Source of the DNA: Rhodothermales bacterium
Lineage (GTDB): Bacteria > Bacteroidota > Rhodothermia > Rhodothermales > UBA10348
Assembly: GCA_029249345.1 (NCBI GenBank)
Contig: JAQWHM010000011.1
Coordinates: 25,916 to 89,915, forward strand
Reading direction: 5' to 3'
DNA: 64,000 nt
The position numbers were made by a program, and so were the translations under genes. Below, one piece after another: positions 1 to 9,472 of the stretch. Under the pieces are notes generated by a model. The model was not told the origin of the DNA. It worked only from the letters and a program-made list of their open reading frames with translations, and did no database searches. Numbering within the stretch: the stretch's first letter is position 1; each line of letters begins with the position of its first letter.

Positions 1-1250
1 TTTGAACGCGTAATACCCAGCTCATAAAATGTGGTAGCTGAAAGCGTGTGAGTCAGTTTCAAAAACGTTGTAAACGCATCCTTCTGCTCATTTCTTCTCC
101 ACTCCGGCATGAATGTCATTTCCTGAATTCCACGTCCACCGTTGAAGGATTCTGTGGATCCAATACCCGTTAAAGCAACCTTGAAATTCCCTTGCTTCCA
201 AGTGAGCTTAGCCTGGCCACTAGACTTCTGATAGGGGTTCATGGATACGAAACTGGAATCTCCGCTTCCACCCGCATTAAGCACGTCGAGTCTTCCGGTT
301 GGGTCTACTCCAACATCTTCAGGTTCAAAAACACTGCGCCCATAAAGATGACCGTCATTCGAGAAGTGTCTTCCGGAAACGTTGAAGAACAACTTATCTC
401 GCTTAATGGGACCTGAAAAATCAGCCTCAAAATTGGAAACAGCCGATGGGTTAAGGTCATCAATATTCCAAAACACATCGTCTGAGCTTGAGACATAGTC
501 TCCGAGAAAGGTCTTCACGCCCCCCGAATACGTATTCTTTCCGTCCCTGGTGACAATGTTCACAATACCGGACATCGCCTGACCGTATTCCGCGTTGAAG
601 GCACCCGTCACAACCTGGACTTCTTCTACCATGTTATTTTCAACAGCGACGCCAAGGCTACCATCAAAAACGTCGGTAACCGGCATGCCATCGACCCAGT
701 AGCCTACCTCCCCAGAACGTCCGCCCCGGAAATGCCCATCCACTACACCCGCTTGTAGGGCCACTACCTGACCGAAGTCCTCAACCGGAAGGGAGCGGAT
801 CTGCTCACCAGTCACAATGGCCGTTGTCGCCGTTAAGTCCTTTTGAACTCTAGGTTTTTCAGCGACCACGACAATCTCCTCACCCTCAAACACTTCTTCC
901 CGCAACGTGAAATCAATCTCTACGGTTAGACCTGCATTTACTTGAACGTTTTCGGTTCGCTGGGTCGCAAATCCGATGAAAGAAGCAATGAGTGTGTACG
1001 TCCCAGGAGGGACACCAATGATGACATATTCACCGTCCATATTAGTCGCGGTGCCCTGGGTCGTGCCTTCAATGAACACGTTAACACCAGGAAGTCCGGT
1101 GCGGGAATCAACATCTATGACTATACCTGCGATCTTACCCGTTGTCTGAGCATGAGCTTGCGTCACCCATCCCGTCATAATTACCAGGGCCAGCCCCATC
1201 GAGAGAAGGGACTTGTCTAATCGCAAGCTTCTGAAAGTGATTCGTTGCAT
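1..1250 (-). CDS. TonB-dependent receptor, N-terminal part (signal peptide, carboxypeptidase-regulatory-like domain, plug); runs off the window edge
   Basis: Manual translation from ATG at 1250: MQRITF...AHAQTTGKIAGIV...LPGVNVFIEGTTQGTATNMDGEYVIIGVPPGTY...HFRGGRSGEV...GAFNAEYGQAMSGIVNIVT. Absent from the ORF track because its stop lies outside the window. Confidence 0.9.
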   Translation of the reverse strand, partial: MQRITFRSLRLDKSLLSMGLALVIMTGWVTQAHAQTTGKIAGIVIDVDSRTGLPGVNVFIEGTTQGTATNMDGEYVIIGVPPGTYTLIASFIGFATQRTENVQVNAGLTVEIDFTLREEVFEGEEIVVVAEKPRVQKDLTATTAIVTGEQIRSLPVEDFGQVVALQAGVVDGHFRGGRSGEVGYWVDGMPVTDVFDGSLGVAVENNMVEEVQVVTGAFNAEYGQAMSGIVNIVTRDGKNTYSGGVKTFLGDYVSSSDDVFWNIDDLNPSAVSNFEADFSGPIKRDKLFFNVSGRHFSNDGHLYGRSVFEPEDVGVDPTGRLDVLNAGGSGDSSFVSMNPYQKSSGQAKLTWKQGNFKVALTGIGSTESFNGGRGIQEMTFMPEWRRNEQKDAFTTFLKLTHTLSATTFYELGITRS

Positions 1251-1259
1251 AACGCTATA

Positions 1260-2297
1260 TCAAGAAGCGGTTTCCAAATTGTGAACGGTTTCACGTCGTG
1301 TGGTCTGACGTTCAATCAGACTTGGAGCGAATACGGTATGAGCAACCGGAGTATCAGGCCGCTGAATTCGCTCGATAAGAAGGTCAAAGGCACGACTTCC
1401 AATGTCATGCATAGGCTGACGCAGTGTGGTCAGTCCTAGGTGCCTTGACATCGGAAGATCATCGAATCCAATAATCTGAATATCTTCTGGCACATTTAGG
1501 CCGGCTTCGCGCACCGCCTGCATAGCACCGATCGCTTGAATATCTGAGGTCGCAAACACAGCATCTGGCTTTTCATCCCGTTTCAAAAACTCTTTCATTC
1601 CACTGTAACCACATGCCTCAGAAAACCCATCAAACTCTGCAGAGCGCGATGCAACAGACACCATATCCGGACTAAAGGTGCGACCGGACGCTTCATAGGT
1701 GCTGCGAAATCCTTCCAGGCGCTGGCTTGCTGGGATAGAATCCGGACTGGCCATGAGAACAACAGGGCGCTGAACGTCCGAGGAGAGGATAAATTCAGCG
1801 GCGGCTGTTCCCCCTCGGCGGTTATCGGTTGAAATAGAATCAAATGCGTGATGGTACGAATCCACCAATACCACGGGTTGGCCCCCCTTACTCATTTGTA
1901 CTTCCATTCCGTTTTGGACTGGAGCAGAAAAAAGAAGCACGCCCGCGGATCGTCCACGGTGCATTGCTTTTTCTAGTAGCGGACGTACATCTTCGAGAGT
2001 CGGGGCTGAAAAAACGAGTAAATCGTATGTCGATGTGGACATACGATCCTGCAATCCCTTAAGAACTTCAGCAAAGAAGTTGTTTGAGATCATGGGAATA
2101 ACGGCAGATATCGTCTCTGTTTGCCGTCGTGCAAGGCTCCTAGCAGATGCGTGAGGCTGATATCCTAGTTCTTCGGCAACCCGCAGAACTGTCTCCCGTG
2201 TCTCCTTTGAAACGCGTGGCTTGGCATTAAAAACCCGAGAAACGGTGGCAATAGAGACGCCTGCCCTCTCTGCAATATCGTAGATTGTGATGCCCAA
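1260..2297 (-). CDS. LacI-family transcriptional regulator
   Basis: N-terminal HTH TIYDIAERAGVSIATVSRV, sugar-binding-like domain, GFDD and LTTLRQP motifs; TTG start. Confidence 0.95.
   Translation of the reverse strand: MGITIYDIAERAGVSIATVSRVFNAKPRVSKETRETVLRVAEELGYQPHASARSLARRQTETISAVIPMISNNFFAEVLKGLQDRMSTSTYDLLVFSAPTLEDVRPLLEKAMHRGRSAGVLLFSAPVQNGMEVQMSKGGQPVVLVDSYHHAFDSISTDNRRGGTAAAEFILSSDVQRPVVLMASPDSIPASQRLEGFRSTYEASGRTFSPDMVSVASRSAEFDGFSEACGYSGMKEFLKRDEKPDAVFATSDIQAIGAMQAVREAGLNVPEDIQIIGFDDLPMSRHLGLTTLRQPMHDIGSRAFDLLIERIQRPDTPVAHTVFAPSLIERQTTRRETVHNLETAS
1280..1293. promoter_or_regulatory. Possible auxiliary LacI operator inside the 3' end of lacI
   Basis: TGTGAACGGTTTCA matches TGTAAGCGCTTACA at 10/14 with the central CG kept; 30 bp upstream of the TBDR start. 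Confidence 0.4.
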
Positions 2298-2312
2298 GTA
2301 TAAATTCAGGTG

Positions 2313-2326
2313 TGTAAGCGCTTACA
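2313..2326. promoter_or_regulatory. LacI-family operator (perfect palindrome)
   Basis: TGTAAGCGCTTACA, 14-bp perfect palindrome with CG centre, about 15 bp upstream of the lacI start. Confidence 0.85.
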
Positions 2327-2471
2327 TGACGGGCTAAAGAGTAGGGTATCGCGCTCAAAACGTCAAGGATGTTTTAGTGAATCTTTAATTTTGTCAATGG
2401 AGTTGGTAGGCCGTACTGTACTACAGAAACTGTAATACAGAAGATTGAAGTATCCAGAGAAGCAAAGGTCC

Positions 2472-3620
2472 ATGCAGGAAAAGAAGTCGTACGATATTGT
2501 GTTTGCCATCACGGGAGACTTGCATCGCAATATCCGGGCTTTGAAGCAACTTAGGTCCCTATCTGAGTCTGACTTTACGGTGTTTGTTCTTCATCTCGGT
2601 GGAAATACGCCTCCTTCAAAGTTGCCTAAAGGCGTTACCGAAAAGACGGTTCGGCTTACAGACGGAAGCGGCCCTCGGTATTTCCGGAGGCTCTCAAATG
2701 CCTTTAAAAAGGCAATGGTGGACATTCCAGCTCGCGTTTATCACGCATCTGACCTGTACACACTCAGGGCCTGTGCTACCATTTCAGCCAATCACTCAGC
2801 TGTGTATACCTTTGACTCTCGGGAATATTACGCTCATGTCTCGGCCACAACGGGACGTCCCTGGGTGCGGTGGTGGTGGAATATGGAGCAGCGCCAATTC
2901 CTACGTGGTGCTGCAGGTATCTGTACCGTTAGCGAGAGTATTGCAAACGCGCTCAGTAAAGATTTCTCCATTCCCAAGCCTGTAATTGTTGAGAACACAC
3001 CAGAAGCCACCGGTACAGAAGACGGACTCTCCATCCGTGAAATGCTAGCTGAACGAGGTATTGAGGATAACGGAGACCTCATTGCTCATATTGGACAAAT
3101 GAAAAAGGACCGCGGATGCGAACAACTCGTACTTTCGATGAAACAGGTGCCAGATGCTCATTTAGTATTCTTAGGATACGGTCCGATTCAACCCGAGCTT
3201 GAACGACTCACGGCAGAGCATAATCTCTCAGAACGTATTCACTTTTTGCCTCCTGTCCCACCGCGAGCCATCCAAAACGCATTGGTTGGAGTCTCGATTG
3301 GAATCACCATGCTGCTGGACACCTGTCTCAACCATCGGTATGCCCTTCCCAACAAGCTATTCGATTACATCCGAGCAGGCGTTCCTGTCCTGGGAGCTGA
3401 TCTTGTAGAGATGCGTCGCGTGATAAAGACGTTCGATATTGGGCAAACAGCGGACTCTAATGATCCGAATCAGATTTCAAAAGCGCTCAAATCCATGTTG
3501 AATTCGGAAGATCTCAGTAAGTGGTCTGCAAATGCCATGACTGCCACTGAAACATTTACATGGTCAAACGCATCTCAGCGATTCCTAGGTCTGATTAATC
3601 AGGCCGTGCCTAAACAGTGA
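2472..3620 (+). CDS. Glycosyltransferase family 4 (GT-B)
   Basis: YHASDLYTL, YDS/FDSRE, HIGQMKKDRGCEQL, ALPNKLFDYIRAGVPV motifs; the ORF track starts at TTG 2445, ATG 2472 preferred. Confidence 0.88.
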   Translation: MQEKKSYDIVFAITGDLHRNIRALKQLRSLSESDFTVFVLHLGGNTPPSKLPKGVTEKTVRLTDGSGPRYFRRLSNAFKKAMVDIPARVYHASDLYTLRACATISANHSAVYTFDSREYYAHVSATTGRPWVRWWWNMEQRQFLRGAAGICTVSESIANALSKDFSIPKPVIVENTPEATGTEDGLSIREMLAERGIEDNGDLIAHIGQMKKDRGCEQLVLSMKQVPDAHLVFLGYGPIQPELERLTAEHNLSERIHFLPPVPPRAIQNALVGVSIGITMLLDTCLNHRYALPNKLFDYIRAGVPVLGADLVEMRRVIKTFDIGQTADSNDPNQISKALKSMLNSEDLSKWSANAMTATETFTWSNASQRFLGLINQAVPKQ

Positions 3621-3636
3621 ATCGCTTTAGATCAGA

Positions 3637-4185
3637 ATGCGTCTACGGATCCAACATATTTTTCCTGTCTCTGCCATCGCCTTGATTTCGGTCATGCTGG
3701 CCCAGCCTCTTTTTGCTCAGGCAACAGAAGGTGTGACCCAGACTGCCCAGGAGCTGGCGCCTCAAATAGAATGGCCAGGATTTAACGATGCGTTCACGGC
3801 AGCTATAGAAAGCGAAAAACTGGTCGTTATTGACGTCTGGTCTCCAACCTGCGGATGGTGTCGAAAGCAGCAGGCCGAGGTCTATACTCAGCCAGATCTA
3901 CAGCGTTTTCTATTTGACAATTTTGAACTAGGGCGGATCAACCTAGATGTAACCGACGATACACTGACGTTCAGAGGGTACACGCTGAGCTCACAAATGC
4001 TGGCAGGAGGACTTGGTGCGACGGGCACCCCAACGACCATATTCATGGAGCCTGACGGAGCGTACATCACGAGGCTGCAGGGATACCACGCCTATGAAGA
4101 CTTTTACGATGTGCTTCGATTCATTGGAACTGAGTCGTTCCGCGATATGTCCTTTGAGGACTTTCTCAAAACGGAAGAAGAGTAA
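3637..4185 (+). CDS. Exported thioredoxin-fold protein (SoxW-like)
   Basis: Signal peptide, CGWC active site, GTPTTIF cis-Pro loop. Confidence 0.85.
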   Translation: MRLRIQHIFPVSAIALISVMLAQPLFAQATEGVTQTAQELAPQIEWPGFNDAFTAAIESEKLVVIDVWSPTCGWCRKQQAEVYTQPDLQRFLFDNFELGRINLDVTDDTLTFRGYTLSSQMLAGGLGATGTPTTIFMEPDGAYITRLQGYHAYEDFYDVLRFIGTESFRDMSFEDFLKTEEE

Positions 4186-4209
4186 GCCGAACTGTCTAGG
4201 GAAACGTGC

Positions 4210-4653
4210 TTAATCTCGCTTTAATCCAGAGCGGTCTTGGGCAAATGCCGAGCGAACTTTGTAGGATGTTTCTCTTTGTGCCAACACGGGATGCTCACCA
4301 TTGTAAGATCCATCTCCCGCTTCCGTCGTTGGGGTTGATGGAGCATCCGAAAGGTCACTCTCATTGCTGAAATCTTTCAGATTGCAGCGAGCTTGGAGCT
4401 CAAACTTCCAAAGCGCAGCGCTCTCAATAATCATATCGATTTCAGTACCGTCAGTCAGCCCAATAGCCAAAAGATCTGAGGACCAACGTATCTCCTGAAT
4501 TTCGTCTAACCGTACAATCTGTTTGAAGCCTAGACCCTTCAAAATGATACAGTTTGGAAGCAAACGCGCCCGACCAAAGAACACCCTGTCGTGCTCAAAC
4601 TTGAACTTAGATTTCAGAATCACCACCTGATCCACTTTCCCTCTTCTCGGCAT
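4210..4653 (-). CDS. Hypothetical protein (beta-rich N-terminal domain, disordered C-terminal tail)
   Basis: 147-aa ORF 11 bp downstream of the C-N hydrolase on the same strand. Confidence 0.6.
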   Translation of the reverse strand: MPRRGKVDQVVILKSKFKFEHDRVFFGRARLLPNCIILKGLGFKQIVRLDEIQEIRWSSDLLAIGLTDGTEIDMIIESAALWKFELQARCNLKDFSNESDLSDAPSTPTTEAGDGSYNGEHPVLAQRETSYKVRSAFAQDRSGLKRD

Positions 4654-4664
4654 CTGAATGTAAC

Positions 4665-5507
4665 CTAGTCCGTTTTATTATTTAGACGCACAGCCTGTTC
4701 TATGTACTCCGACGGGCGTCGATGTTTCAAGAACATTGTGCGTGCCGGCGACTCGGCAACAGCATGATAATCCAGATCGGCGTACAGGATAGCATCCTGA
4801 CCTCCTGGGGCTTGAGCGATAATCTGCCCTCGCGGATCTGTAATGAATGACTCTCCGGCGAACGTGAGCACATCTTCTTCTCCTACCCTATTAGATAGAG
4901 CCATGAAAAAGCCATGCTGAAATGAACCCGCTTGAAGCTCGGCTTCAAAGACGCCCTCAGGCCACTCACCAGCCGCACCCGCTTGTGGGATCACTACTAC
5001 ATCAGCTTCTTGTAAGGCCATGGATCGCAGATGCTCGGGGTAGTGCCTATCGTAACAAATTGATACGCCAATTCGACCATGAGCCGTATCGTAGACAGGA
5101 GCTCCCGTGTTTCCGGGATCGTAGTAATCCTGCTCAAAAAACGATTCGTACTGCGTGATGTGCATCATCCGGGTTACCCCTAGAATAGTGCCATCGGCAT
5201 CGATCACAGGAGAGGAATCGTAGGCGCAATCACCGTCCCGCTCATACAGATTTAGTACAATGACAACGCCTTCCTTTCGGGCCAAATCAACAAACACATC
5301 GGTTGTTGGGCCAGGAACAGGTTCTGCTAGATCAAATCGGTCGCCTTCCAAACGCTTCTGCGGGAAAAACGTGGAAAAAGCCAGTTCGGGGAAAACGATA
5401 ATTTTTGCACCATTCTCAATGGCCGCACGTGCGTTTTCTAGACCTTTTTGCAGGTTTGCTTTCGAATCTGCTGATGCAGACTGCTGAATCAGTGCGATTC
5501 TAGGCAT
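4665..5507 (-). CDS. Carbon-nitrogen hydrolase (nitrilase superfamily, N-carbamoylputrescine amidase-like)
   Basis: FPEL (catalytic Glu), ICYDRHYPE (catalytic Cys), NRVGEE, FAGESFITDP; the usual catalytic Lys position reads TRMMHI. Confidence 0.88.
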   Translation of the reverse strand: MPRIALIQQSASADSKANLQKGLENARAAIENGAKIIVFPELAFSTFFPQKRLEGDRFDLAEPVPGPTTDVFVDLARKEGVVIVLNLYERDGDCAYDSSPVIDADGTILGVTRMMHITQYESFFEQDYYDPGNTGAPVYDTAHGRIGVSICYDRHYPEHLRSMALQEADVVVIPQAGAAGEWPEGVFEAELQAGSFQHGFFMALSNRVGEEDVLTFAGESFITDPRGQIIAQAPGGQDAILYADLDYHAVAESPARTMFLKHRRPSEYIEQAVRLNNKTD

Positions 5508-5574
5508 GAGTATTCAGAAATTGGGGGGATTCCGATTAAAATAAATGTAGACATAAACGAGTTACCATTCTTGC

Positions 5575-6279
5575 CTAAAGAGCGGTAGTCGGAGTAGACG
5601 TAGGCGTGGGTCCAAATGAACCCGCAAGTAACGTGAGTGCAAACAATACCACCACCAAAATACCACCAGCTTTCATCGCACCGCGCAGTCCGGTGTTAGC
5701 GCGTTTGGAGTCTTCCGTAGAAAGATCACTGATCAGCGTGGCATAGGTCTCCTTATCGAGTTCATGGACATATTGAGCATCCACCCCAGTAGCAATCTCG
5801 TTAGCCAGCTGCTCAAGCCAGTACAATCCAATAAGATTATCCATAGGCCTTGTTTGGCCCGATATGCGCTGAAACGTCCCTTTAATCTGAACAAACACGG
5901 ATTCATCGCGCTCTTCAGCATTTATGGCCACTTTCATGAGCAAGTTATCCAAGTCTGGAACATGAGCCAGGGTATCTGCCAGCGCTTGTTGAACAGTACT
6001 AACAGACACCTAATCTGTTTGAACTAGACCTATACGATCGTTGGCCAGAGTAATAGAAAAATTGGAAGAGATGAGAGCCGAAGTCGCCTGGTCAACGATA
6101 TCTATTCGGTCAGCCATAGAAGTGAATGCGACCGACTCAACAGAGCTTCGCACGGGCGATGGCGTGGATATATACCGAGGCTGTGCACATCCTGCGATGA
6201 GCAAACTCCAGGATAGCAATCCTGAGATCCAAACTAATTTTCGACTTCTATACACTATAAAATGGTGTTTAACCTTCAA
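5575..6279 (-). pseudogene. Lipoprotein gene interrupted by one in-frame TAG at 6010-6012
   Basis: ORFs 6010-6279 and 5575-6009 are in the same frame with zero gap: ...GLVQTD-TAG-VSVSTV...; lipobox LIAGC, C-terminal TM helix. Confidence 0.7.
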
Positions 6280-6360
6280 CTAGGTGATCGACCCCTATGG
6301 TGGGTGCTTAAGCCTCGGCTTTGCTAACACTGCCGATAATGCTAACCTCGTCAACCTTGC

Positions 6361-7311
6361 TCAGTCAACTTCAGCAACAACGATTCGTTCTCGATTCGAC
6401 AAGTCGTGTATTATTTCCGTGTTGCGCAAGCCCGAATGTACAAACATCTCTAGAACGTCCGAACCAAAGTCAGCGTGAACCTCTACGGCTATTTTACCCG
6501 CTTTTTTAAGTACCAGAGGGGCTAACTCAGCAATTTTTCTGTAGAAAAGCAGCGGATCTGTACCGCAAAAAAGTGCCAATCCCGGTTCGTGGTCTCTGAC
6601 TTCCGTAGACAACGTCACGCTTTCACTATCCGGAATGTACGGGGGGTTAGAGATCAGCACATCAAACGGCACGTCAAGCTCCGATACGAAGGACTCAGAA
6701 AACAGGTCTAATTGCGAAAAACGGACCGAAGCTCCCAACGATGTGGCATTGAGCCGTGCTACTTCTAAAGCATCAGCAGATAGGTCTATTCCTGAACACG
6801 CTATTTCGCTGTTCTGTAAAGCAACTGTAATTGGAATACACCCTGAACCGGTACCAATATCTAGGAGTTTTGCACCAGGAGGCAGATTAGACTGCTCAAG
6901 CACCCATTCTACCAGAAGCTCTGTTTCCGGCCTTGGAATCAATACCGCTGAGTTCACTCGGAAGGTATAGCCAAAAAAGGAGGCTTCTCCCAAGATGTAC
7001 TGCACCGGTTCTCCAGCCATCCTTCTCTCACACATTTCCAAAAAGCGATTTCGGGATGCGGTATCGATTGTTGCATCTGGCTGGGACAACCGCGCCAACC
7101 TTGTCAGTCCCGTAGAAGCTTCAAACATCCACTCAAATTCTCTGGAAGATGGCTTTTCCTTCCGAGTACGCGCAACGTCCAGGGCTTCTTTAAGAATGTG
7201 CTCTGCAGAAAAGGATTTCAAGAAAAAGGTAGATGAAGGTAAAAAAGCAAGATAGATCCGACAAAGGCAGTCGAATTGCGAACGAGATCTACGTATATTT
7301 GCCCCGCTCAA
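6361..7311 (-). CDS. prmC: Release factor glutamine methyltransferase PrmC/HemK (true start probably TTG near 7221)
   Basis: GEPVQYILG, VLIPRPETE, LDIGTGSGCI and SNPPY motifs. Confidence 0.93.
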   Translation of the reverse strand: MSGANIRRSRSQFDCLCRIYLAFLPSSTFFLKSFSAEHILKEALDVARTRKEKPSSREFEWMFEASTGLTRLARLSQPDATIDTASRNRFLEMCERRMAGEPVQYILGEASFFGYTFRVNSAVLIPRPETELLVEWVLEQSNLPPGAKLLDIGTGSGCIPITVALQNSEIACSGIDLSADALEVARLNATSLGASVRFSQLDLFSESFVSELDVPFDVLISNPPYIPDSESVTLSTEVRDHEPGLALFCGTDPLLFYRKIAELAPLVLKKAGKIAVEVHADFGSDVLEMFVHSGLRNTEIIHDLSNRERIVVAEVD

Positions 7312-7386
7312 GCGCGCTTTAACCCTTCGAGCGGCATAGCGATCCTCCCGACCGTCAAAACGGGCGGGATTTTTTCTGGATCGCCA

Positions 7387-7400
7387 TGTAAGCGTTTACA
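7387..7400. promoter_or_regulatory. LacI-family operator upstream of glgP
   Basis: TGTAAGCGTTTACA, 13/14 identical to the palindrome at 2313-2326; 31 bp upstream of the glgP ATG. Confidence 0.8.
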
Positions 7401-7431
7401 CAGAACGACCTCGGACCTCAATATCTCTTTC

Positions 7432-9465
7432 ATGACTACTCGCGAACAATTACACGAAATCAGCCGAAATCTCTGGTGGAGCTGGCACCCAGAAGCCCTC
7501 ACCCTTTTTCAACGACTGAATCGAGACGCATTTCAGGCTTCGGGAAATAATCCGAACATTGCCCTGAAACTCGCTCGTGCAGACGTGCTTACCGACCCTC
7601 AGGTTCAGGCGGAAGTGGATTCGGTGTACCGCAGTTTCAAAGAATACATGGAGTCGCCGGGTGAAAACCAAGATGCACCCAAAACGGCGTATTTCTGTAT
7701 GGAATACGGACTGCACGAAAGCCTCCCGTTGTATTCTGGAGGCCTAGGCATACTTGCCGGGGATCACGTCAAGGCGGCCTCGGACGTCGGGCTTCGCTTT
7801 ACCGCCGTAGGCTTGTTTTTAAGAGATGGGTATTTCAGGCAGTATTTCGACCCAAAAGGTCTTCAGCACGATGATTACCCAGCCATTGATTCTACCGAGC
7901 AACCCGTTGAGCTGGTTGTGGACGAAGACGGCGCACCCATCACGGTTACCGTACACACGGGGCATCAGCCTATCCACCTCAGAGCATGGAAAGTGTGTGT
8001 TGGAAAGACGGCATTGTACCTCCTGGATACCGACTTCGCTGCAAACCCGTACGAAATACGCTTCTTAACTCGCCGTCTGTATCAGGGAAATCGATACACA
8101 CGTATCCAGCAAGAAATCATTCTTGGTATTGGCGGACTACGGTTTTTACGGGCTATTGGCGAATCATTCGATGTGCATCACATGAATGAAGGTCATTGTG
8201 CTTTTCTAACACTCGAAATGGTCCGCGAGCACCTAGCAGCAGGCTTATCTCGGCAAGAAGCTGAAGAAGCAACTCGCGCATCCTGTGTATTCACTACACA
8301 TACCCCTGTCATTGCTGGTCACGATCGATTCGAACCCAACCTGTTTACTTCCACATTAGCAGGATTTCGAGATGAAATTGGGTTTTCCGAATACGATATG
8401 CTGTCGTACGGCCGAGTACATCCCGAGGATGGAGGTGAAGAATTTACCATGACTGTCTTGGGGCTGAAATTATCGAGATCAGCCAATGGGGTTTCCGAGT
8501 TACACGGAAAGGTGGCGAGACATCAGTGGAACCACCTATTTGCGGATCTCGCCCCTGCAGAGGTGCCAATCACTCATATCACCAATGGCATCCATCTCCC
8601 CACCTGGGCCGCTCCCGCATCGCGCTCCTTCCTAGACGTACATCTTGGATCCTGGACCGCCGACAGAGAAAACCAGGCTACTTGGGATCGCATTGATCAG
8701 GTTTCTGATCGGGCCATTTGGGAATACAGAAACCGACTCCGATCCAGCCTTATTTCGTTTGTTAACGCACACATCCGCACACAGACCATGTCGCAGGATG
8801 CTATGCTGAACAGAGACGCCTTGACGATCGGTTTTGCGCGTCGATTTGCGACGTATAAGCGGGCCCCTCTTCTGTTTTCTGATATCGAACGTATCACCCA
8901 ATTATTTCAGCATTCAGATCGTCCGATACAAGTTATTTATGCTGGCAAAGCCCATCCCCAAGACGAAGGTGGCAAAGCGTTCATTCAGAAAATCTATGAG
9001 TTGTCCCATCGGTCAGCATTCAATGGCCGCTTGATATTTCTGGAAAACTACAACATGGAGATTGGTCGCAAGCTCATTTCTGGATGCGATGTCTGGCTGA
9101 ATAACCCGCGCCGCCCGATGGAAGCGAGTGGAACAAGTGGACAAAAAGTGGCCATTCACGGTGGCCTAAACTTGTCTATTCCGGACGGTTGGTGGCCAGA
9201 GGGCTACAACGGCACGAATGGTTGGTCCATCGGAGACAATGCTTCGCATGAGTATGAAGACCCATCTGTTCAGGATCCAAGAGATGCCGAACTGCTTTAC
9301 GACCTTTTGGAAAACGCTGTTATTCCGTTGTTCTATTCACGAGGCGAAAAAGGGAGACCCGACGAATGGATTGCAATGATCCGATCCGCCATGAAAGGAT
9401 TAACCTACAAGTTCAGCGCGCACCGCATGTTGCTGGAATACATCGAGAAAATATATTCCGTCTAG
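7432..9465 (+). CDS. glgP: Alpha-glucan (glycogen/maltodextrin) phosphorylase
   Basis: NLWWSW, YFCMEYGL, YSGGLGILAGDH, HMNEGH, GFARRFATYKR, EASGTSGQK (PLP lysine); ATG 7432 preferred over 7276. Confidence 0.95.
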   Translation: MTTREQLHEISRNLWWSWHPEALTLFQRLNRDAFQASGNNPNIALKLARADVLTDPQVQAEVDSVYRSFKEYMESPGENQDAPKTAYFCMEYGLHESLPLYSGGLGILAGDHVKAASDVGLRFTAVGLFLRDGYFRQYFDPKGLQHDDYPAIDSTEQPVELVVDEDGAPITVTVHTGHQPIHLRAWKVCVGKTALYLLDTDFAANPYEIRFLTRRLYQGNRYTRIQQEIILGIGGLRFLRAIGESFDVHHMNEGHCAFLTLEMVREHLAAGLSRQEAEEATRASCVFTTHTPVIAGHDRFEPNLFTSTLAGFRDEIGFSEYDMLSYGRVHPEDGGEEFTMTVLGLKLSRSANGVSELHGKVARHQWNHLFADLAPAEVPITHITNGIHLPTWAAPASRSFLDVHLGSWTADRENQATWDRIDQVSDRAIWEYRNRLRSSLISFVNAHIRTQTMSQDAMLNRDALTIGFARRFATYKRAPLLFSDIERITQLFQHSDRPIQVIYAGKAHPQDEGGKAFIQKIYELSHRSAFNGRLIFLENYNMEIGRKLISGCDVWLNNPRRPMEASGTSGQKVAIHGGLNLSIPDGWWPEGYNGTNGWSIGDNASHEYEDPSVQDPRDAELLYDLLENAVIPLFYSRGEKGRPDEWIAMIRSAMKGLTYKFSAHRMLLEYIEKIYSV

Positions 9466-9472
9466 ATCAACT

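Noticed and set aside
192-1220. Short ORFs listed in the first 1.2 kb
   Set aside because: They are antisense or off-frame shadows of the TonB-dependent receptor gene; the same applies to the many short overlapping ORFs inside long genes across the window
6010-6012. Genome-wide amber (TAG) recoding or pyrrolysine
   Set aside because: TAG ends ordinary genes at their expected C-termini (glgP 9463-9465, floA 29367-29369, korA 38368-38370), and no pyl genes or suppressor tRNA are in the window
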